A stretch of 63,383 nucleotides of DNA, the filler included, from Choristocarpus tenellus KU-1152 (taxonomy: Eukaryota > Protista > Phaeophyceae): the NCBI GenBank assembly GCA_964200185.2. It is 13 parts of 13 records of this genome, joined end to end, with 100 filler letters (N's around TTAATTAATTAA, not from the genome) between each part and the next. Parts side by side here need not be neighbours in the genome. Positions count along the whole stretch, not along the records: positions 24,538 to 27,435 come from CAXNAD020023808.1; positions 27,536 to 35,105 come from CAXNAD020005948.1; positions 35,206 to 37,709 come from CAXNAD020027261.1; 10 more parts are not named here. One strand, given 5' to 3'. The translations under genes were made by a program, and so were the position numbers. This document shows, piece by piece, positions 25,255-35,890 of the stretch. Each line of letters begins with the position of its first letter. Positions within the stretch are counted from its first letter, which is position 1. The notes beneath the pieces are model-generated. The model was not told where the DNA came from and ran no database searches. It saw only the letters and a list, made by a program, of their open reading frames with translations.

Positions 25255-25770
25255 CTCATAGAACCTTGAGAAGCACTTCGGTAGCGCATGCCACAAATAA
25301 AACTCATTTATTATGGTAGTTGCCACAATCTTTCCAGTTGTTCTTTTTTTGCACTTTTTGACTACTGCATTCTTTCAAACCTAAGCTACATTTCCTGGTT
25401 CCACACAGTCAACACAATCTTGTTAAACCTCTGGAATATAATCTCGTCCTCCTTTAGGACAATTTCCAGGATGTAAGGTACAAGGTTATCTGGACTCTCA
25501 ATGCCTTCTCATTTTCCATTGCCTGAAGAATTAACCCATTTCTGCCAGCACGTATGCATCAGAATAGTGCCATGCATGTGGGTTGTTGGTCGAGGGCTTG
25601 GGTAAAGTTTGAATAGGGTTCTTTAAGAGTATGATGACGATACTTTTCTTTTGAAATGTGCTTCCAATTCTACTTCCTAACCTATTGACCAAATAGGGGT
25701 GCAGTGCATGCCACTCTAAGAAAGAAATCAGAGTAAGTTTGTCCGCTGTCGATTTCCAATAATCATCCAC
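25255..25770 (-). pseudogene. RTE-clade non-LTR retrotransposon relic (N-terminal part of RT)
   Basis: Frameshifted minus-strand reading AMENEKA/SPDNLVPYILEIVLKEDEIIFQRFNKIVLTVWNQ..KDCGNYH..LFVACATEVLLKVL fits LINE RT KA.GPD.L..E.LK..W..K..CGNYRGISL..KVL.K. Boundary beyond about 25530 is approximate. Confidence 0.78.
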
Positions 25771-26205
25771 TTGGAGAAGAAATGGTGATGCAAGGAAACA
25801 TATTGTGCAGATTTAAATTGCTACTTGTGTGAGTGTGGAAGAAGAGAAAAGAGATGGGAGCTTCACACGATCCCCTCTGCTGGATGTGATCACATGGTTG
25901 AAGAGAGAAGAAGAGTGATATTATTATATAAGATAGGGCTTGATTTAGCACCTATTTCACAGAAGGAATCACTAACCCTGAACACTTACAACGTTTCTAC
26001 AATACTCCAATATACATGAAAAACGTCTCGAACATGAGAATACCCATCTGTGATCAATTGTCACCAAACAACCCGCTAACACATAAGCCATGGTCCAAAA
26101 TACATTCGGTTACATTTGTTACAGGAGAGTAGTGGAAGTATTTTCTGTCATGCTCTAACAAGTGCAAGCTTTAAGCGTGCGCACAGACCTCTCAAATGGG
26201 GAAGT

Positions 26206-26272
26206 GGGCCAAAGTATCTGGGAGGGATGTGTGGTTTGCACTGGGGCGTCCGTTTTGGCCCTGACGAGGTGC
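26206..26272 (+). mobile_element. Solo degenerate MITE family A end
   Basis: GGGCCAAAGTATCTGGGAGGG..GGCGTCCGTTTTGGCCCTGACGAGG; no partner end seen. Confidence 0.7.
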
Positions 26273-26959
26273 TTAAAAATTCGTGGAATTGCTTTCTTCA
26301 GTCGTGGAGGGTTTGTCCTTTCTTGATGTTAATCTGGCATAGAATGTATTTAGGACCTGTGCTTGCCGCTTGGATCCTTGTAGACTGTCTGGTTATGGGT
26401 TCGGAAAGCCGCCCTGACGTTCGAATTTTGTTAGTGTTTGGCGGTTAGAGCCATTTCACCGAGGGTTAGAAGAGTATTTACCAGTAGTAGTAAATATTTC
26501 GCCTAGCGTTTTTAAAAGCTGGATATGAGGTATGAGAGGCTGTTCTCTCTGTGATAGTGCATTGCCAACTGTCTACGAATGGCCCATGTAACGGAGCAAC
26601 GCAAAGAAATCTTAGATCCGATGTCTCGGTTCCATGAAGACAAGGGTGCATCAAGAACGGCATCAGTAAGTACAAGAAGAGAAGAATGGCAGGAAACATA
26701 ACTCCCCCAAAATTCTTTGTTATCGGGACAATAAAAGCCTGTGCCTACGAGGACACATGTGTACATTAACGATGGTCTCATGTTTTCTTTCGAATTGAAA
26801 TAATTGTAAGAAATCACTTGCATTTAACGAAATCGGACCTCTCCAACGTACAATGTCCGTGGAGGCATGTACCGCATTGTTGCAGGACAGGGTGTGTCTT
26901 CCTGGATAGGAACGGCTTAGGTAGCTCCTGAAAGCCGTGTCTCTCCTAGCATTACGGCG

Positions 26960-27224
26960 ATGTGGGACTTGTCCAGAACCAGCCCGCGCGGGAGCATATT
27001 GTTTTGTACTGTATCGTTCTGGAAGAAGCTGGATATTACGCATCTCGCCATTCTCCCATTTAACCTCGTAGGGGTAGCTGACTCGCCCCTCTCCAACTCT
27101 CGCCGTGTAGTAGGGTTGGTGCTTGGTCATAGTCCCTCGCATCCACCGATCATTCCATCTGAAGTACAGCCCCTTGCCCTTCGCACTATCACATAGCGTT
27201 TCCCTCTCATCTAAATCAGGCACA
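26960..27224 (-). pseudogene. Coding remnant of a small aromatic-rich beta domain (Tudor/SH3-like?), abutting MITE B
   Basis: LYFRWNDRWMRGTMTKHQPYYTARVGEGRVSYPYEVKWENGEMRNIQLLPERYSTKQYAPA is protein-like. The first ~40 aa of ORF 26720-27343 are MITE read-through. Fold assignment is inference. Confidence 0.4.
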
Positions 27225-27435
27225 GAGTCAAAGTATCTTAGAGGGTAGAGCCGCGTCCAATTGGGGGCCAAAATCCAATGTTGCGATTTGATGTAATTTT
27301 GGCTATCATTTTTGTTAAGTTTCAATATCCTTGTTCCAGACACACCTTTTCATAACGTATGCATTTTAATTACCGAAACATTTTGGAGTAGGAAAATGTA
27401 ACAAAAAAAAAACATGGGAAGCCAAGCCCCAAATG
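27225..27435 (+). mobile_element. MITE family B, truncated by contig end
   Basis: GAGTCAAAGTATCTTAGAGGGTAGAGCCGCGTCCAATTGGGG..GGGAAGCCAAGCCCCAAATG. Confidence 0.93.
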
Positions 27436-27535
27436 NNNNNNNNNNNNNNNNNNNNNNNNNNNNNNNNNNNNNNNNNNNNTTAATTAATTAANNNNNNNNN
27501 NNNNNNNNNNNNNNNNNNNNNNNNNNNNNNNNNNN

Positions 27536-27723
27536 GGTGTGGTGGTGTTGGTTGGGGTGGGAGTGGTGGGCTTGCCATGGGGGGTGAATTTTTTCATGTC
27601 GCAATTTTTATGTGATTCGGTTGCAGACACGTCGGATGGATGATGTAAGTGCATTTTTCCTGATTTTGACCCAAATGGACACCCTGGTGTAGAGCTCCCC
27701 CCCTCCCCCAGATACTTTTGGTC
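27536..27723 (-). mobile_element. MITE family A, inverted, one end lost at contig start
   Basis: Reverse complement of 13038-13220 (..CCAAATGGACACCCTGGTGTAGA..CCCAGATACTTTTGGTC). Confidence 0.92.
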
Positions 27724-27756
27724 ATTTGTGTGTCTCAGACGTTAGTCAATGGCTAT

Positions 27757-28024
27757 GAGTGAAAGTATCTTGGAGGGTACGAGTTTCGCCCTTTTTGTCG
27801 GTTTGGGGCTTGGCTTCCCACGTTTTTTTTATGACATTTCCTATTCTGGAATTTTTCGGATTAGGTAAAATGCGTACGTTTTTGTAGTAGGCATCATGTG
27901 TATGTCTGGAACAAGGATATTGACACTTCCTAACAAACACGATAGTCAAAATGACATCAAAATCGCAACATTGAATTTTGGCCCCCAAATGGACGCGACT
28001 CTACCCTCTAAGATAATTTGACTC
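27757..28024 (-). mobile_element. MITE family B, full length (268 bp), TSD TAT
   Basis: TIRs GAGTGAAAGTATCTTGGAGGGTA and TACCCTCTAAGATAATTTGACTC; TAT at 27754-27756 and 28025-28027. Confidence 0.95.
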
Positions 28025-28633
28025 TATGTCAGGGTTGTTCAAATGTAATACCAAACCCCATCCATGATGCCGATGTACTATCTCATTTGGTACATCACAT
28101 TGACTCATTCCAATGCCACAATCTCGCATAAAACAAAACAGGGTACACCATACTGTTGTCCTATTTTTTGCATAGCTATGACTACCCGTATTAGCATGAT
28201 ACTTGATTCAAACGATATCTATGCGTAGTAGAAATCCCATTTCTAGGCTTGTATCCTCCATGAGTGGCCGTTTCACGAAGTAACCACTTTTATATAATCC
28301 TACAATTAGCCCTCACTGTTCAATTTCGTCCCAAATATGGCTTGGGGTGAACAATATTGGCAGCGGGAACAATAAACTCATTCTATCACTGATCGATAAA
28401 GACGTGATATCTGCCCCAGCTCTAAATCTCACACGATATTTGACTGGCAACCACTCTACAATTGGCCTCACCCGCATATATATATATATATATCACATGT
28501 ACCACCAAGGGGGGGGTTCAATTTGTAACGATAATTTTCTTCAGGACCCGGATACTAGCCCCCAAAATTTGACCTGGTTCTTCAATTTATGACTCTGCGA
28601 CGTCTCAGGCGCACTACTCCTTCCCTGACCCAT

Positions 28634-28894
28634 GAGCCAAAGTATCTTAGAGGGTAGACCCTCGTCCATTTGGGCGGCAAAATCCAATGTTGTGATTTTG
28701 ATATAATTTTGACTGCTGTGTTTGTTAGGAAGTGTCAATATCGTTGTTCCGGACACACCTTTTCATAACATACACATTTTACCTAATCCGAAATATTTTG
28801 GACAAGGAAAATGTCATTAAAAAAACCCCAAGGGAAGTCAAGCTCCAAATGGACAAATAGAGCAAAACTCGAACCCTCTAAGATACTTTCACTC
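28634..28894 (+). mobile_element. MITE family B, full length (261 bp), flanked by CCAT/CCAT
   Basis: TIRs GAGCCAAAGTATCTTAGAGGGT and ACCCTCTAAGATACTTTCACTC; CCAT at 28630-28633 and 28895-28898. Confidence 0.95.
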
Positions 28895-30097
28895 CCATGA
28901 TCTTTGATTTTTATCATGGACGCCATGGGATAACCATGTCCGTGACATAAACGACTCACTCTATGACTCGTCTTCATGTACCCCTCGGACTATATCTCTG
29001 GCAGGGCACTCAACCCTTTTCCGACCTGCTGTGTGCACCAACCTATCGGTTTTTAACGTTGGTGTTCGAGAGCATGGACATTTACTACCACATCTGCCTG
29101 GACCACTACCGTCGGAATCGACCCGAATCCAAACTCGCATGTCTATCCCTTTTCACTCACCGTAACATCGCGTTCAGTCCTCCCCTACTGCCCTTTCTCT
29201 GGATTCCCCCAGATATAAACCTGCAATGTGTATGACTTCGCACATTTTTACCACCCATATCCTATTCCCACCATACACCAATCTACAATTTTTTTTGTCA
29301 AGGTCATCATCTCCATACCTTGTACGCTTCGTATCATCTTTTATCTAGTTCTCAACCATCGCCACAATTACCATCACCGTGTCCTGTCCTACCAACCTCA
29401 ATAGTTTCATCTATCACCTATTTTCGTAGACTTCTCTCCTAAATCTTTCTCCTACACTCCCATTCATTACTGAACTCGTCGTCCACCTTCTCAGAGTTTT
29501 CTCTTTACCGTACGTCTCACACTCCTCCACATACCACATTTCTCCTAGAATTTTCCTATCCCCAAAACTCCGAATACGCCGTAAACTTCCCCTTTTGGGA
29601 AACGTGATAGCAAATTTGATGGAGGGGTGATTTGAATTGGTTCCTTTTCGGTGCGAATGCGCATTGCTTGCGATGCTCGGGAACTTAAACTAGTGACGTT
29701 TCAACTTTAACGCATAAACAACTCCATCGAAATTTCTCGGATCCGTTTCTCATACTCACATCTTCTACATTCTCAACTATATTGTATTAACCCAGAATTT
29801 AAAATCTAGAATTTATGATATGTTGGAATACACCAAAATAAAAAGCGAGGAATATATATTTGGTGATTTTAAGACCAAAATATTAACGGATTTAGTGTGA
29901 ATATATTATTATTCAATTATGAAATAAAAGTCACTCGACTATCCATGGTAGGATTCGCTGTGCGAGTACTTCTGGTCTGTAAGCGATCTACCTTCTCACG
30001 ACACACCGTATGTCTCGAAATTTGAACAACTCAGCTATCACACTCTCCCTCTACCCTCCCCAGACAACCCCTTCCAGCCATCCTTGTATTGATAGTA

Positions 30098-33000
30098 ATG
30101 ATGCCAAGAAAGGCGAGCAACATCCAAGTCTATAGCAGGCCTGTATCCCGAGAAAAGCAAGGTGCTGCAGTCGACCATCTACAGGAAGAATCTCGCACGG
30201 TAAAGTCGACAGGAGAGATCCACTCAACACAACGAAAAAATAATATCAACGTATTTTCTCTTCCCTAAGTTATTTAGTGTAAATATTTGACCTTTGTGTT
30301 GGCCACTTCAAGGAATAGTGAAGGTACTAAGACCAAGTACATCGGCATTAACGTAGTTCCCCACACACGAAATTGTTGTGTGGTAAGTGCGCTCCCCCCT
30401 TTCGTATCGTACACATCCTCCATCTACGTTCGTCGCCCTATTTGCGGATGTTCCTGCACAGATATGGACGGGGATGACAGGGCTTCAGGGAAGTCAGAAA
30501 CTTTTCCTACCGGAAACATCGAAGGTCATCAATACACTCACACAGCCAAGATATGATTTGGATGACAAAATTCCTGACAACCAAGTTGGAGGACCTGGCG
30601 AAAAGAAGTTCCCTATCATCGTTTTCCTCAAAGTGGTAAGTGACAACAACCGGATGCCAACGACAGTCCAAGATAGACAAGCATGGCACGCAATAGTGAG
30701 CCGCGCAGAGGTTACGCTATATGTAATCGTTGCGCACTAACTGCTTCAAAACACTCAGAGTAGGAGCCTGAGAGGTGTTCGTCTTTTTTATGTTCATAGG
30801 TTGAGATTTGACTTTAGACAAAGAGGGAGTCTGCCGAACAAAATCTGCGCAACTATCTCCCCACCATTCCTTCAACCATCCGCCCCTCTCTGTCAGATTA
30901 CCTTCCTTTCTGGTATCTATATGTCGGCAAGCACCTGGGCTTTCTTCTGGGAAGCTGACAAGAAACAAATATGCCCTTACAGGTGCGACCCCCCAAAAAA
31001 GATACTCCTCCTCAATATATTTATTTGCTACGTTTCTGGTCCTACTCGGAAAACATTTCAAGATGCGATGCCTTTGTTTGATACCGCTAGAACTACCAAT
31101 GAGTGCATGTCCTGCATACATCCAGAACTTTGGAACCAAATCCAAAATTGAAATGGCAGGCATTCCAGATTCAATGGTTTGATGTTACCCACAGAGTGAT
31201 CTTTTAGGTGGCTCGCTGAAAGAGAAAACACTGAACAAAGCTTCCTCATTCGAACTGGTGCATTCCATTCTACAGCTCTATATTATCATTAGTGTATTCT
31301 TCAAAGCCGAAGACAGTAACTGTCGATCCCTAGTGAGCAAACCCACACTATACAAGCCTAGACTAATAATACCTTCGCACAATCATCACCTCTTCCCTTG
31401 TCTCTCCATACGCACAGGGTAATCTGTGCGACCACGACCGCGGAGCTCATCCTGCTGACGATATCCCGTTTCTCGGCAGGCACCCTCTTTCCTTCGATTT
31501 GTATCGTAGTTCTCTCCAAGTGCTCATTCTCGCGCTCCTACATCCAGAACTCGTGGCTTGGCTCGGTCATCAACTTTGAGCCTGTCCATGATATCCATAC
31601 CTGTGAGTTCTTTCATCGGACCTTTATCCCTTACATTCTCAACACAACTTTTCTTTCACCTTGGCATTTCTTCACAATGGCGAATTACACTTATTTGAAC
31701 AGTCGCTTCACCATGCACCAACCTTTGAATGCGCGGTGGAGTGTTTTGCTCACTCTAATGCGGTGCTTATTATGGAAGGGGGACAGTCTTCCATATTCTG
31801 TGAATATGCTGAAAGCTCGATTTTTTTATGCTTGCGTTGGTCATCGGGCTAATTATTCATACATCGTATTTCATTTGTATCTAATGCAAAGACTTCGGAA
31901 GCTTGATGCTAGCCATGGGGGTGGAGCACAGCATAGCACACACTGCACGGTACACTGTGGCTAGCGAGACGGAGATAATGTACGACACAACCACAGGGCG
32001 AGCGGGCGTACTGGCCTTTCTTCTCCTCTTTCCAGTGGTCCTTCCGATGAAGTATGCTGTACTAAGGAACAAGGTGGGGATTGTACTTGTTTAGTTGGCA
32101 TAATATTCGGGCGGGGGATAGGGACTTAACTCTAGAGTATAATGGGGATAGGGTGCTCAGCCTAGACTCACTGTCAGGAGATGCTTGAATGATCGGTTTC
32201 AAAGGGCAGCAGCATGGCGTGGCACAGCTTGGTTCACATGGTTCAACACCCTGGTGGTGTATTACGAAGCCCCCATAGCCGCCCTTTTCAGACAGAAATA
32301 TCGTGTTCCTCGCCACTTGCCCCACCAGATATCCTACGAGGTCCGTAAGAGTATGCATTACTTGGCAGTACCCCTTCTCGTCTGCATCAGCTTTCACAGC
32401 CGTGCACTCTCCATCGTTGGTTCCATCGTCACGATCTGGTGGGCTCTGGATTGGTTTTACTCCATGACAAGACGGTACGTGGCACGAGGGGTCACATGAT
32501 AGGGTTGAAGTCAAGTGTCGAAATTCCCCATCGAGCTTCGTATATCCCAGTTGTGGCATATAGGTAGAACTGTACTACTTTTCTTTGCTCTGCGATTCTC
32601 TATGGACTGACAATGAGACGGACTCCTCTCCATTGAATAGATCTGGAAATATATCAATGACTTGTCATAACCTACATTTGCTCTGTAGTACCAAACCCTT
32701 GGTACTGGAACACACTCTCTTGATGCTCTGCAGTTGAGGACTTGTTACATTCAAGTCGAGAACAATCAGTTTTGAGGTTGAGATATAATGTTGGGGTATC
32801 TTGTTCTTTGTGTTTTCGTTGGTTGGATCGAACTTGACGTGATGGCGATATATGAATGTAGTGTACATGTGTTTTTATGTGTGTGCGGTGTGATCAGTAT
32901 CGTTATTTATGTTGGCAAGGAAAATGCTCAGAATGTAGATCCACAACTTGAATGTACATTTATATATCTTGCTCACAGTGCTATTTGCAATGTTGATACG

Positions 33001-34777
33001 ACCAGTTTCACCTCTATTGTCCTAAACGTACGAATATTTAAGTCGTAGAAAGCAGAGCAAGACCTCTCAACTACACATGCAAGTTGCTTTTAGGAACAAA
33101 TTATTTCTCGCACGTCTACTAACCTATCTCAGAGATTTATATGTGTATCAACAAATCTGACTCCTCGACGAGAAGGTGCCATTAGAGTTATGAAGTGAGA
33201 ATGAAGTCCAAATATTACATAAGCTATCTCTCTCGACATCAAATGAAGCGATTAAGCCACACAGCAGTAGTTCACGAAAAATAAGTCTGGAGGCAAGTAG
33301 TCCACCTCCCTACTAGCTATTCCTCGATCCCAGGAACGTACCATTCTAACGACATACTCATAGTTCTCTAACATATAGAATACAAATTCGCAGATGTTTT
33401 CTGTAGAAGTCCAGGCCGTCCCTCCATCCCTACCTCAGTTGTTGGCCACCCCATGGTAGTTGACAACCGTTCTAAGTTGAGCATCAACATATGCGATGGC
33501 ATCAACATCAAGTCTAATGGTCTTCGCCCGAATATTGCCATGACAAAAAACATTTTGAAGCTCTATCTTATGACTCATATATGTGTGCATTGACTACGTA
33601 TCTTGACCCTTGTATGGGCACCTCCACACCCACAGGACATATCTCATTCCGCACCCAGTGTACTCCTCAGTGGGTCGCGGCACTTCAGTACATCTTGACC
33701 TCCCCAAGTAAGACCAAGCTTCCATGTGATTTGACTAACTGCTCAGCATTTACAACGGTATTGTCGACAACAAGTCCATTTTTGTACAATTGTTCCTCAC
33801 TGAAATTCATGGCATTCCCCAAACAGCCATTGCTTAAGATTGATAATAATCTATACAACTGTGTAGTTCGTCCTATACATTGGTGTGTGTGAATGTCTTA
33901 CAATTCAGTGCTCTGTCTTGCGACGTCTGAGCTGGACTTCTTAGAAGAACAAACTGTTAAAGTTGGATCCTGGCTGTTTGTCGCTTTCGACGTGAGTATA
34001 TCGCTACTGCGACATGTACATCATGCTGTCACCAACCTTAAAGCAAATGAGTACTACAATCTTTTGCCTCAGACTAACCTCATACTAATTGCGAGGAGGA
34101 AAATCGTTGAATTAGTGTGATTTCGACACCAAGCTTTATCCTCCTGTTCCATACGCTAACAATGTAAACGTTCGCCTTGACCTTGTCTTACTGTGTCAGA
34201 GGATACAACTTCAAAGCAGGGGCGTATGCATACATCAACTGCCCCATGATCAGCAGGACGGAGTGGCATCCTTTCTCTCTTATTGCGGCCCCGTGTTCGA
34301 CTGAGAAACATCCGTCAGCCGTGTTTTTTGCAGAAGCGGTGAGGGTAAAGCAAGCCCCTGGAGCTTGTGAGATGGGAGTGTGTAATCAATGTCATTGTGC
34401 TCACTGCCTCCTTGGACCGCATAATTCTAATGTTCAAATCAATACTGAATGGTTTAACCACGAAAAGATTTGAAGAATGTCTGTATGGAGTATTTTAGTT
34501 GGGATGAAGGTCTTCATGCACTTGGTGTTCAAGTGTGTCCCATAGCTTCCTAACAAGGTGTCTGCACAGACTGTGTGCAGATCACAGCCGTGGTATAAAC
34601 CGAGGAGATGTGTAAGGTCTCCTCCTACCTGACCAAACCCCAAACTGCTGATTTCGTTGAAGGTTGGAGACTGGACCAAGGACCTATTCCTCCTGGGACT
34701 TAAGAAACCTCGTGTACCCTTGTGGATATCTGCCCCCTTGCCCAGCATAATCGACAGGACTCTCTACTACGAAAATG
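30098..34777 (+). CDS. Ferric reductase/NADPH oxidase-family flavocytochrome, 3'-truncated. Exons 30098-30199, 30462-30635, 30897-30982, 31418-31602, 31892-32073, 32329-32474, 33636-33707, 34200-34338, 34663-34777
   Basis: Nine exons splice in consistent phase. Heme-ligand His pairs HDIHTYFGSLMLAMGVEHSIAH and YEVRKSMHYLAVPLLVCISFH; FAD domain GAYAYINCPMISRTEWHPFSL; VGDWTKDL. The first two exons are less certain. Confidence 0.88.
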
Positions 34778-35065
34778 GTGATGCTGAGTATCTCATGCAG
34801 TACCTCAGTACCATGAAAGGCAATAGATATGCGACTGGCTTTGTTTTTAATTGCTCCTGTGATAAATCTCGCAATTAGTAGTAAAATTCCTTGATTTAGA
34901 GTATTATGTGGCTGCAATGTCTCACAGCAGGAAACAGGACAGGAGAACAGTCTCTAAATGCTGTGGTTGATTTTTTTGTAGCGATTTTGTCTTTGGCAAC
35001 TCCACGTTTGTTTCCAAATGGCGAATATTGGCAGTGGGCGACCTCGTGTCCAAATGCTTGTTTCC

Positions 35066-35105
35066 GACCCAAAGCATCTGGGAGGGAGGGGGGGTCTACA
35101 CCAGG
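35066..35105 (+). mobile_element. MITE family A end, truncated
   Basis: GACCCAAAGCATCTGGGAGGGAGGGGGGTCTACACCAGG at contig end. Confidence 0.88.
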
Positions 35106-35890
35106 NNNNNNNNNNNNNNNNNNNNNNNNNNNNNNNNNNNNNNNNNNNNTTAATTAATTAANNNNNNNNNNNNNNNNNNNNNNNNNNNNNNNNNNNNNNN
35201 NNNNNTTTTTTTTTGCTTCGCCCTTCCCCCCCCCCCCCCCCCCCCCCCCCGCCCCCCCAAACATTCATACATACCCCGTTGGCGTGGTAATAACAATGCC
35301 TCATCCTCCCTGGCTGGGTGCATAATATTTTCCTTTTTCTGCCCACCGTGAAGGTGGGCGTTCCTCCCCCGTCGAAATCAACTCTATGAAACTGGCAGCA
35401 AGGCGTAATGTCCCTTCGACCAGAGTCCTTCGAGGTACTGAAGGAAGTGTGTGAGACCTCGTCACCTCAGGTCGACCGCAATGCAGTCACACTGAACTAT
35501 CTGAGTTGCAAGGAGTTTGCTGGTTTCACTTCTCTCAAGCAGGGGCTATGCATCCATCTGCTTGCTAGGCAAGTCAAACCGCCTCTGTGCTTTATCGTGT
35601 ATACAGCAGTAAGTGCAATGTGTGCAGGTCGCAGCACATTGCACAGGAAAGTTAAATAAGTGTCTCCTACGGTGTAGAATTTAGTCGGCCATTGCTGTGT
35701 CGAACGAAGAATCCTACGTAGTATTGTGGAAATTCTACGAACAGTGTGTGTTTCCTGTGTATGTGCGTTCTTGTCTTTTCTGAACTACGACAATCGATCC
35801 ATGAATATTTTCTGTAGTGGCGACCCTTTCCCCATCAGTACCTGCACATCATTCTCGTTGATGTCCTTCATGGCCATTCTCTTTTTGCAG

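Noticed and set aside
28960-29570. Possible LINE relic on the minus strand
   Set aside because: Only faint echoes (LVYG..IW); too degraded to support.
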